The notes beneath the pieces are model-generated. The model had not been told where the DNA came from, ran no database searches, and was given only the letters and a program-made list of their open reading frames with translations. DNA of 64,000 bases from Armatimonadota bacterium (GTDB lineage: Bacteria; Armatimonadota; SYMT01): assembly GCA_046292385.1 (NCBI GenBank), contig JBKBRF010000022.1, forward strand, positions 1 to 64,000, written 5' to 3'. Each line of letters opens with the position of its first letter. Within the stretch, counting starts at the first letter, position 1. This document shows positions 30,501-37,801 of this stretch, in pieces. The translations under genes were made by a program, and so were the position numbers.

Positions 30501-31119
30501 GCCGGGGCTGAACCGGCTCGGCTTCACCGGACAGTGGAAGATCGACTGGGACCTCTACACCTTTGCGGACGAGCCGCAGCAGGCGCACGTCGGCAACTGG
30601 GCGCACTTCTACCATCCGCACACGGAGCAGGTCGAGTTCCGGAAGGCGAACGACCGCCCGTTCGAAGAGCGGCAGCACATCCTGCGGGTGCGCGGGCAAA
30701 ACGGCTTTAATACGCTGATCCTGCCCTACCCCAAGGGTCGGCGACCGTCGGATCTGAAAGTCGTCCACAGCGAAGCCGGCGTCACTGTCACGCAGAACGG
30801 GGCCGAGACGCGGCTCGACGCTTCCGGCTTCACGTTCCGCCGCAGCGACAAGCTGGTGGTGACCGCATCATTCGGCACGGCACGCGTGGGCGGCCGCGGC
30901 ATCTCCATCCAGGGTGGCCCGGCGGAGGTAATCGTGGACCCGAAGCGGGCAGTGGTGACTCTGAGCGGCCCCGCCGGCCCGCGGTCGGTACGGCTCCCCG
31001 CGGGGAGTTGGAAGCCGGTGCCGAAGAAGGGAGCAGCGACGCCCGTAAGGCGGCCGGACGGCGCGTGGGAGCTGAGGCAGTCCGGAGTCACTCCGAGCCG
31101 GTTCGAATTCTCGCGCTGA
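27586..31119 (+). CDS. Large secreted protein, heparinase II/III (polysaccharide lyase)-like
   Basis: Signal peptide; helical middle region; HDHRHMDQGSVAIYALGAPLSLDWG resembles the Hepar_II_III H-x-H-x-D motif. Confidence 0.55.
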   Translation: MYPLPPRLSLGVVLSLLVLSAAHAPLRGAPPPPLRSYSVTERYGVSHPQQIIDFDGAPAGDPRNWYVIGPDGREAPFQLLGGGKLAVMTDLPAGAKKTWRLQAGRPQAPFAGRVTLRKHGGGYELVNGLTGVRIPTPPADLSRTPAPIQGVRYADGAWSATGPNFLSVAARAMEVQVLEQGPLKAVVVVLYRFPRPELRDGERVVAPAGEGFYRCTVELQAGQPSVLVEDDTDVDFSYTLDLYPGLLPTQARYRGARSESPEAGRDESGRKYEGHNGKVATDAIVDLKYDRPRDYPRMGHWHPWIESSGWYWMLYNPAGSRLAGIFGGRASRLIGATNSGVNVFTRPGSGSAPPACGLRISSLRRTEDGRVFPRTRFHWGLFVGTREEHLKPIAEVQPINRQMNLHGGINLNKLHRYVLDYPDPARGYGALFMEKAPLQQLNDRIRREPEGDDFRRLAEGDGYSRELLQFWSDSTGERRTAVVDSIGQVARGFLEAMVNGNGIYDWSPDQLVTSYSYWMGALEMSRKALWIDQVLADPKTPAVDQSRVKAFAATFGMLLSDDDYVPLFEGHGMHLGNPNMPVLQQGIRSQFTLLLAEHPVLRSRVAEVEKKTLATLHEIVNAHGASMSATNYIGAGFAPTLDLLLQLRMQGKDHFGTDPRLRRFSEFYMHLLTPPEVRFGGPRKLVAFGDSSTQRSELFGALASGFRTADPALSARLMGAWTAAGKPHSSFFGTSILKNDEAAPAREPALGDATFPGYLSVLRHGWGKPHETAVWMIDGDYYHDHRHMDQGSVAIYALGAPLSLDWGSLYYPQVAGGFMHSMVLPESSIGAAEALGHPPAKLHGWNQDSPPLHTSYFVWGVPPWGKASQDAFLSFDSGSLARARFKSEAGPEWIRSIYSIRPDPAHPLILIQDRFAGEDAGPKIFTLNLAAQGEVETPTGRVSPPMRTHDAQGGREPNKKELPSAGPVFPLQPGLNRLGFTGQWKIDWDLYTFADEPQQAHVGNWAHFYHPHTEQVEFRKANDRPFEERQHILRVRGQNGFNTLILPYPKGRRPSDLKVVHSEAGVTVTQNGAETRLDASGFTFRRSDKLVVTASFGTARVGGRGISIQGGPAEVIVDPKRAVVTLSGPAGPRSVRLPAGSWKPVPKKGAATPVRRPDGAWELRQSGVTPSRFEFSR

Positions 31120-31282
31120 GCGGCGGCGCCCCACCCGTCTCCCGGGCGTTCCGGCTCCGGTCTGCGTTCGCTGCGCGGCCGGGGCCGTTCTCTTTTCCGC
31201 ACTTCCGCCGACAGCAGTCGGGGACAAAAGTGCTAACATGAGAGGTCCGCCCCGCTCACCCTGCGGAGCCCTGCCTTTCCGA

Positions 31283-33232
31283 ATGCAACTTTCCGATCAC
31301 CTGAACGCTTTTTCCGTCGAAGACCTGCGGGAGCTCGCGGCGCGGCGCCGGCTCTCGCTCCCACCGAGCGTAATGCAGGGCCGGCAAACCCTGGTGACCT
31401 CCCTGAGCGCGATGCTGGGGCAGTACCACGGCGTCTACGGCACGATCTCGGAGCTGAACCGGGCGGAGACCGCCGTGCTCCGGCACGTGCTGTGCCAGCA
31501 GCGGCCCAGCCTGAGTCACCTGGTCGGGTCGCTGCGAGTCGACGAGCAGGCGATCCGCGAGACGCTGGATAGTCTGCGGCTCTGGGGGCTGATCTTTCCG
31601 GAGGGGAGCTGGGAGCACATCGCGGTGCCCCCGGCGACCAAGAATACCCTCAACTACCTGCCGAAGAGCGTTGGTGAGCTCGACGCTGCCAGCGCCCGCC
31701 CGCCACGGCTGGAGACGGTGGACGGAACGCGGTGCGATCCACGTCCGGGCTCGCTTTCCGGCGACCTGGCGGAGCTGCTGGCGCGGATCGCGCGGGTGAA
31801 GATGAAGGTGACGCAGGCGGGCCGCATGAACCGCCGGGACCTCCGCAGCATGGAAGCGGCGTTCCTGGTGAGCACCTCCGGTTATGCCGCCATGCTCTGG
31901 ATCCTCTCCTGCGCCCTGCGGCTCGTGGCGGTGAGCTCGGACGGCTCGCTGCTGCCGACCGCCGCCGCGGAGAGCTGGCTGGCGCAGGAAGAGGGCGCGC
32001 GGGCGCCCGATGCGTTGGCGACGTGGGAGCAGCTGCGGGGCTATCCGGAGGGCAGCCGCGAGCCGCCGGAGGAAGCGGTCTACGTGCCGCAGCTCACCCA
32101 GCCGCTGCGGCAGCGGACCGCGCGGGAGCTTCGCGGGCTGGCGCCGGAGCAGGTGGTCTCCACCGCTTCGCTTTCCGGGGTGCTCCAGTGGCACCTGCCG
32201 AAGGCGTTCGCGCAGCACGACTCGCATTCGGACGCGGAGCTGGTGACGGCGCGGCTGGTGCGGTCGCTCTACTGGCAGGGCCTGGTGGCGGTCGACGACC
32301 CGGAGCGGCCGCGTCACTTCCGTCTCACCCCACTCGGGCTGCGCACGCTGCGAGGCGACGCCTCGATCCCGCTGGTGCCGGAGGAGCACCAGTTCTTCCT
32401 CCAGCCGAACGCGGAGATCTTCGCCCCGCCGAACCTCTCGCCGTGGGTGCTGTTCCACCTCCGCCGCTTCACCGGGGAGAAGAAGGGCGGTCCGGCCGGG
32501 ATGTACCCCGTCAACGCCGATTCTCTGCGCCGCGCCTTCGACTCCGGTGTCAAGCCGGCGGAGGTCCGGCAGTTCCTGGAAGGGTTCTCCCGCACCGGCC
32601 TCCCGGGGAACGTGGCGGAGCTGATCCAGACTACCGGCCGGCAGCACGGCCGGATCCGGATCGTGCCGGCCGGCTTCGTGCTGGTGACCGACGATCCGGC
32701 GCTGCTGGACGAGCTGGGCGCGGTCCGCACCGTGAGCGAGCTGGTCGGAGAGCGGCTCACGGAGCGCGCCGCGCTGGTGGAGGGCTCGCAGGTCGGCGAG
32801 CTGCTCCGCCGGCTGCGGGCACGTGGTTACGCGCCGGCCAACGAGGCGGAGACCCAGCTCGAGCTCGGACTGCCGGCCAGCCCCGAGACGGCTCCGCCGC
32901 CGCCGGAGCCGCGCCCGGCCGCCGCGCCCGCCGTCGACTGGTCGATCTTAGAAGCGCGGGAAGAGCTGGTCATCGAGCCGGGCGAGCCGGTCGCCGGAGA
33001 CGCCGCCGTCCTCGACCTCCTGAAGCGCGCCAAGGCGCAGCGGCTGGAGGTGGAGCTGCTGCGCCGCGCCCCCCGCTCCGGCGAGGGCCGCATTACCCTC
33101 TGGCCAACTTACGTAGACCAGACGGTGGTAGATGGTTACTGTCCGGAGCTTCAGAGCGACCACAGCTACAAGATCGCGCAGATCGAGTCCGCCCGCCTGA
33201 CAGGAGAATCGTTCGCCGGTGAGTACCTATAA
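31283..33232 (+). CDS. XPB-associated helicase-associated-domain protein with C-terminal WYL-like domain
   Basis: FFLQPNAEIFAP, SLRRAFDSG..FLEGFSRTGLPGNV; C-terminal VDGYC...SYKIAQI; overlaps the XPB start. Confidence 0.75.
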   Translation: MQLSDHLNAFSVEDLRELAARRRLSLPPSVMQGRQTLVTSLSAMLGQYHGVYGTISELNRAETAVLRHVLCQQRPSLSHLVGSLRVDEQAIRETLDSLRLWGLIFPEGSWEHIAVPPATKNTLNYLPKSVGELDAASARPPRLETVDGTRCDPRPGSLSGDLAELLARIARVKMKVTQAGRMNRRDLRSMEAAFLVSTSGYAAMLWILSCALRLVAVSSDGSLLPTAAAESWLAQEEGARAPDALATWEQLRGYPEGSREPPEEAVYVPQLTQPLRQRTARELRGLAPEQVVSTASLSGVLQWHLPKAFAQHDSHSDAELVTARLVRSLYWQGLVAVDDPERPRHFRLTPLGLRTLRGDASIPLVPEEHQFFLQPNAEIFAPPNLSPWVLFHLRRFTGEKKGGPAGMYPVNADSLRRAFDSGVKPAEVRQFLEGFSRTGLPGNVAELIQTTGRQHGRIRIVPAGFVLVTDDPALLDELGAVRTVSELVGERLTERAALVEGSQVGELLRRLRARGYAPANEAETQLELGLPASPETAPPPPEPRPAAAPAVDWSILEAREELVIEPGEPVAGDAAVLDLLKRAKAQRLEVELLRRAPRSGEGRITLWPTYVDQTVVDGYCPELQSDHSYKIAQIESARLTGESFAGEYL

Positions 33233-34976
33233 CCCGCTGAATCCCCTGATCGTGCAGTCCGACCGGACGCTCCTCCTGGAGGTGCAGAGTCCGCTCTACG
33301 AAGACGCGCGGGAAGCGATTGCCGGCTTTGCGGAGCTGGAAAAGAGCCCGGAGCATATCCACACCTACCGGATCACGCCACTCTCTCTCTGGAACGCCCG
33401 CGCCGCCGGGATGGAGCTGCCCGACATGGAGGCGGCCCTCTCCCGGTTCAGCAAGTTCGAGGTCCCGCAGAGCCTGCTGGCCGACATCCGCGACCTCGTA
33501 TCCCGCTACGGCCGGCTGAAGCTGGTGAAAGAGGGCGACCGCCTGCTGCTGAAGAGCGACGACCCGGCCCTGATCGCCGAAGTCTGGCACCAGAAGAAGG
33601 TCCGCGCCCTCTTCCGCGAGCAGGTGAACCCGCTCACGCTGGAAGTGCCGCTCCTTCACCGCGGCCTCGTCAAGCAGTCGCTCCTGAAGATCGGTTGGCC
33701 GGTCGAGGACCTGGCCGGCTACGCCCCCGGCGCCCCGCTCACGCTCTCCCTGCGCGACACCATGCTGCGCGGCCGCCCCTTCGGCCTGCGCGATTACCAG
33801 GTGGAGGCGGTGGAGAACTTCTGGGTCGGCGGCACCGAGCGCGGCGGCAGTGGCGTGCTGGTGCTGCCGTGCGGGGCGGGTAAGACCGTCATCGGCATCG
33901 CGGCGATGGCGAAGGCGCAGATGCAGACGCTGATCCTCGCCACCGGCATCACCGCCGCCCGGCAGTGGCGCGACGAGATCCTGGACAAGACCGACCTCCC
34001 CGCGGAGGCGGTGGCGGAGTACAGCGGCGAGGAGAAGAACCTGGCGCCGGTCACCATCGCCACCTACCAGGTGCTCACCTACCGTAAGGGCGGCAAGAAG
34101 GACCGCAACCCGGACGAGCCGGAGGACCTGGGCAACTTCCCCCATCTCGCCCTTTTCAGCGCGCAGAACTGGGGTCTCATCATCTACGACGAGGTCCACC
34201 TGCTCCCCGCCCCGGTCTTCCGCATGACGGCGGAGATCCAGGCCAAGCGGCGCCTCGGCCTCACCGCTACCCTGGTGCGGGAGGACGGACGCGAGGACGA
34301 CGTCTTCTCCCTCATCGGCCCGAAAAAGTACGACGTGCCGTGGCGCGTGCTGGAGAAGCAGGGCTGGATCGCGGAGGCGCTCTGCAGCGAGATCCGGGTC
34401 GCCATGGACCAGGAGAAGAAGATGGAGTACGCGGTGGCGGAGCGCCGGGAGAAGTACCGGGTCGCCAGCACCAACCCCGTGAAGCTCTACACGCTCGACC
34501 GCCTCCTCCGCCGCCACGCGAACGACAACGTGCTGGTGATCGGCCAGTACATCGAGCAGTTGGAAGAGATCGCCCGCCGCTACGGCGCGCCGATCATCAC
34601 CGGCAAGACCGCCAACCGGGAGCGGGAGAAGCTCTACCACGCCTTCCGGACCGGCGAGCAGAAGCTGCTGGTGGTGAGCAAGGTCGCCAACTTCGCCATC
34701 GACCTGCCCGACGCCAACGTCGCCATCCAGGTCTCCGGCACCTTCGGCAGCCGCCAGGAGGAAGCCCAGCGCCTGGGCCGCGTCCTCCGCCCGAAAGGCG
34801 AGGGCAACCCGGCCCACTTCTACTCGCTCGTCACGCGGGATACCGTGGACCAGGACTTCGGCGTCCACCGGCAGCTCTTCCTGACGGAGCAGGGCTACCG
34901 GTACGAGATCCTGGACGAGAGCGACCTGATCGAAGAAGGCGAGATCGAAGACGCCGCCGCGAAGCTGCTCGGCTAG
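33219..34976 (+). CDS. DNA repair helicase XPB/Rad25
   Basis: PLIVQSDRTLLLE, VLPCGAGKT, DEVH, SKVANFAIDLP, QRLGRVLRPK. Confidence 0.95.
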   Translation: MSTYNPLNPLIVQSDRTLLLEVQSPLYEDAREAIAGFAELEKSPEHIHTYRITPLSLWNARAAGMELPDMEAALSRFSKFEVPQSLLADIRDLVSRYGRLKLVKEGDRLLLKSDDPALIAEVWHQKKVRALFREQVNPLTLEVPLLHRGLVKQSLLKIGWPVEDLAGYAPGAPLTLSLRDTMLRGRPFGLRDYQVEAVENFWVGGTERGGSGVLVLPCGAGKTVIGIAAMAKAQMQTLILATGITAARQWRDEILDKTDLPAEAVAEYSGEEKNLAPVTIATYQVLTYRKGGKKDRNPDEPEDLGNFPHLALFSAQNWGLIIYDEVHLLPAPVFRMTAEIQAKRRLGLTATLVREDGREDDVFSLIGPKKYDVPWRVLEKQGWIAEALCSEIRVAMDQEKKMEYAVAERREKYRVASTNPVKLYTLDRLLRRHANDNVLVIGQYIEQLEEIARRYGAPIITGKTANREREKLYHAFRTGEQKLLVVSKVANFAIDLPDANVAIQVSGTFGSRQEEAQRLGRVLRPKGEGNPAHFYSLVTRDTVDQDFGVHRQLFLTEQGYRYEILDESDLIEEGEIEDAAAKLLG

Positions 34977-34983
34977 CTTTAGA

Positions 34984-35011
34984 GGGATGAAGGCTGAGGG
35001 ATGAGGGATGA
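34984..35011. repeat. (GGGATGA)x4 heptamer array, one unit imperfect
   Basis: Reverse complement of the array at 35564-35687. Confidence 0.8.
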
Positions 35012-35240
35012 ATTCCCGAACCCCTCAGCCGCCCACTTTGATCAATCGAGCCCATCGGCTCGTGCTCGACGAACAGCCTTCTCGCACTTACGCTCCAGTG
35101 CGTGCCCACATCGAGGCAACGCTCCCCGAATTGGTCATTCTGAGCCCCAAGCACGGCGGAAGGCCGGCCATCCTGAAGGAACGGGGTCGCCCCATCGATC
35201 ACCGTCATCCACTTCGATCAAGGCACCTTTCACCGAATTT

Positions 35241-35399
35241 GTCATTCTGAACGCAGTGAAGAATCTCGGCAGCCGTGTCGGTCCGGAGTTCGCATCCCCG
35301 TGACGAGGGATCGGCCTGGCCGGGCGGTCCCGAACGAGCGGGCTCATCTTGCCCCCGGAGCGTCGAGTGACGTAGATCCTTCACTGCGTTCAGGATGAC
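35241..35399. repeat. REP-like inverted doublet
   Basis: GTCATTCTGAACGCAGTGAAGAATCT ... AGATCCTTCACTGCGTTCAGGATGAC; homologous to 49289-49444 in opposite orientation. Confidence 0.8.
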
Positions 35400-35563
35400 C
35401 GCCGGGGAGCCGAGCCGAATACACCTGGGCCCTCCACCGGCAGGACATGACGGTGCGAACCCTGGCAGGGAGTTCCTCGAGGCGGTCAATGCCGGAGAGC
35501 GAAGGTCACCAGCGAGCAGGAGAAAGAGTAGGAGCAGGACCTCCCGTACACAGGGGTCCGGAT

Positions 35564-35687
35564 TCATCCCTCATCCCTCATCCCTCATCCCTCATCCCTC
35601 ATCCCTCATCCCTCATCCCTCATCCCTCATCCCTCATCCCTCATCCCTCATCCCTCATCCCTCATCCCTCATCCCTCATCCCTCATC
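35564..35687. repeat. (TCATCCC)x17 perfect heptamer tandem repeat
   Basis: 17 full units (35564-35682) plus TCATC. Confidence 0.95.
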
Positions 35688-35745
35688 GTTCGAGAAGCCT
35701 TCCTACAGTGGGGGGCGCGTCCTGCCATAATCGGAGCAGCGAACG

Positions 35746-35777
35746 AAAAAAGCCCGGGGGCCGCTAGGTCCCCGGGC
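35746..35777 (-). terminator. Rho-independent terminator
   Basis: GCCCGGGG stem and loop followed by a T6 tract on the minus strand. Confidence 0.75.
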
Positions 35778-35904
35778 AATACACTAGGTTGATCGAGCGG
35801 AGTAAGAAAACTCCTCTCGCCGACAGGATACCAGAGCGAGGGAACGTTTGGGTTCCCTCGCTCATTGCGTTTTCAAGAGGTGATCGCCCCCGGAGCGGGC
35901 GGTC

Positions 35905-36693
35905 TTATGTCGCCCGAGCAAGCGGCGCGAGGCGGTTCGGGCCCTTCCCCAGGCGCACCGCCTCCCGGATCGCGGCGGTGACCAACTCTTTCGCCGCGGC
36001 GCACGCTTCCGGCAGCTCCGCGCCGAGCGCCAGGTGGGCGGTGAGGGCGGCGGAGTAGAGGCAGCCGGTGCCGTGGACCGGACCCTCCCCGACCCCGAGC
36101 CGCTCGCCGGGATACTCCCGGAGCTCGCCACGCCAGTAAAGGGTGTCGACCGGGTCGCCGGGCAGGTGGCCGCCCTTGATGACGACCGCCTCCACTCCGA
36201 ATGCGGAGATCGCCGCGGCGGCCCGGCGGAGGCTCTCCCGATCGTGGATCTCGATCCCGCTCAGGATCGCGGCTTCCACCGCGTTGGGAGTTACCACCCG
36301 CGCCTGCGGCAAGAGCTGCCGTCGCAGCGCCTCCAGGCCGCGGGAGCAGAGGAGCGGAGTGCCGTCCTTCGCCGCGAGCACCGGGTCGACCACCAGGTTC
36401 GGGAGGCGGCGGCGGCGAACCCGCGCGGCGACCACCTCGACGACCCGCGCGCGGCCGAGCATGCCGGTCTTGGCGGCGGCGATCGGCAGGTCGGTCGCCA
36501 CGGCATCAATCTGCTCGCCGATAAACCGCGGCGGGACGTGGTGCACGCGCCGGACCCCGGCGGTGTTCTGCGCTGTCAGCGCCACCGCCACGCTGGCGCC
36601 GTAGACGCCGAGCGAGTGGAAGACCCGCAGGTCGGCCTGCAGGCCCGCGCCTCCACAGGTGTCCGAGCCGGCGATGGTGAGCGCGACCTTCAC
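35905..36693 (-). CDS. thiD: Hydroxymethylpyrimidine/phosphomethylpyrimidine kinase
   Basis: ALTIAGSDTCGGAGLQADL, KTGML, VVDPV, KGGH, HGTGC. Confidence 0.95.
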   Translation of the reverse strand: MKVALTIAGSDTCGGAGLQADLRVFHSLGVYGASVAVALTAQNTAGVRRVHHVPPRFIGEQIDAVATDLPIAAAKTGMLGRARVVEVVAARVRRRRLPNLVVDPVLAAKDGTPLLCSRGLEALRRQLLPQARVVTPNAVEAAILSGIEIHDRESLRRAAAAISAFGVEAVVIKGGHLPGDPVDTLYWRGELREYPGERLGVGEGPVHGTGCLYSAALTAHLALGAELPEACAAAKELVTAAIREAVRLGKGPNRLAPLARAT

Positions 36694-36697
36694 CCCG

Positions 36698-37492
36698 CTA
36701 TCCCAGACCTGCCACCAGCGCCGGCAGGTCTCGTACGCCGGAAAGCACCCAGTCCGCCCGCTGCTCCGCTGGGATCTGCTCCACCTCCTCCGCGCGGGTG
36801 ACGCCGGAGAGCACCAGCGCCGTCCGCAGGCCGAGTCGCTTCGCGCCGAGGATGTCGGTCTCGGAGCGGTCCCCCACCATCAGCGCGTTCTGTGGAGCGG
36901 AGCCAGTCAGCTCCAGCACCCGCGCCCACATGCCGGACTCCGGCTTGCCGATCGTGATCGCGGGGACGCCGGTCGAGACCTCGAGCGGCGCCACCATCGC
37001 GCCGCCGCCGGGGATCTCGCCGGTCTCCTGGGGAAAAGTCGCATCCCGGTTGGTCGCCACGAAGCAGGCGCCGTGGACCTGGATCTGTTCGTGCGCGCGG
37101 CGCAGCTTGTCGTAGGTGAGCGAGCGGTCGAGCCCGGCCACGACGTAGTGGGCGGGTGTCTCGTCGTCCGCGGCCAGCACCTCCATGCCGATCTCGCTCA
37201 GCTCGCGCCGCAAGCCGGACTCGCCGATCACGTAGGCCCGCTTCCCCGCGGCGCCCTGGCCGCTAAGATAGAGCGCGGTCGCGTAGGCGGAGGTGACCAC
37301 CTGCTCCGCGCGCGTGGGGTAGCCCATGCGGGAGATCTTTTCCGCGTAGTCGTCGCGGCTGCGAGTGGAGTTGTTCGTCAGGAAGAAGAGCGAGTGCCCC
37401 GCGGAGTCGAGCTCCCGCAGCGCCTCCAGGGCGCCGGGGATCGGGGTGTCGCCCAGGTACACCACACCGTCCAGATCGAAGATCAAAACCAC
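36698..37492 (-). CDS. HAD-IIA (NagD-like) hydrolase
   Basis: FDLDGVVY, LTNNS, GKP, MVGDRSETDI; GTG start with GAGGAGG RBS. Confidence 0.92.
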   Translation of the reverse strand: MVLIFDLDGVVYLGDTPIPGALEALRELDSAGHSLFFLTNNSTRSRDDYAEKISRMGYPTRAEQVVTSAYATALYLSGQGAAGKRAYVIGESGLRRELSEIGMEVLAADDETPAHYVVAGLDRSLTYDKLRRAHEQIQVHGACFVATNRDATFPQETGEIPGGGAMVAPLEVSTGVPAITIGKPESGMWARVLELTGSAPQNALMVGDRSETDILGAKRLGLRTALVLSGVTRAEEVEQIPAEQRADWVLSGVRDLPALVAGLG

Positions 37493-37801
37493 GCCGCACC
37501 CTCCTCGCCGCCGCTCGCGCGATCCGGAGCTCCGTCCCTGCCGCTCCGGGCTGGAGAAGTATATACCGATCCGGACCGCGGGGGAGCGGCCAACCACAGG
37601 GAGCCCGGCACGGTGGGCGGCGAGAGAGCCGGTTATTTTTCCGACAAGCGCCGGCGCGGCAGGTGGAGCAGCTCACCGGCGCGAACAGTGAGGATACTCT
37701 TATACCAGCCGCGGCGCCAGCAGGATCCGGAGCCGGGGTTAACATTGCTGCTCTCCTCTTCGGGCGGTGAGCGGCGCTACTGTTCGTAACTTCATTAGCT
37801 A

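Noticed and set aside
35564..35687. ORFs reading (SSLIPHP)n across the heptamer tract
   Set aside because: Translation artefacts of a 7-bp repeat
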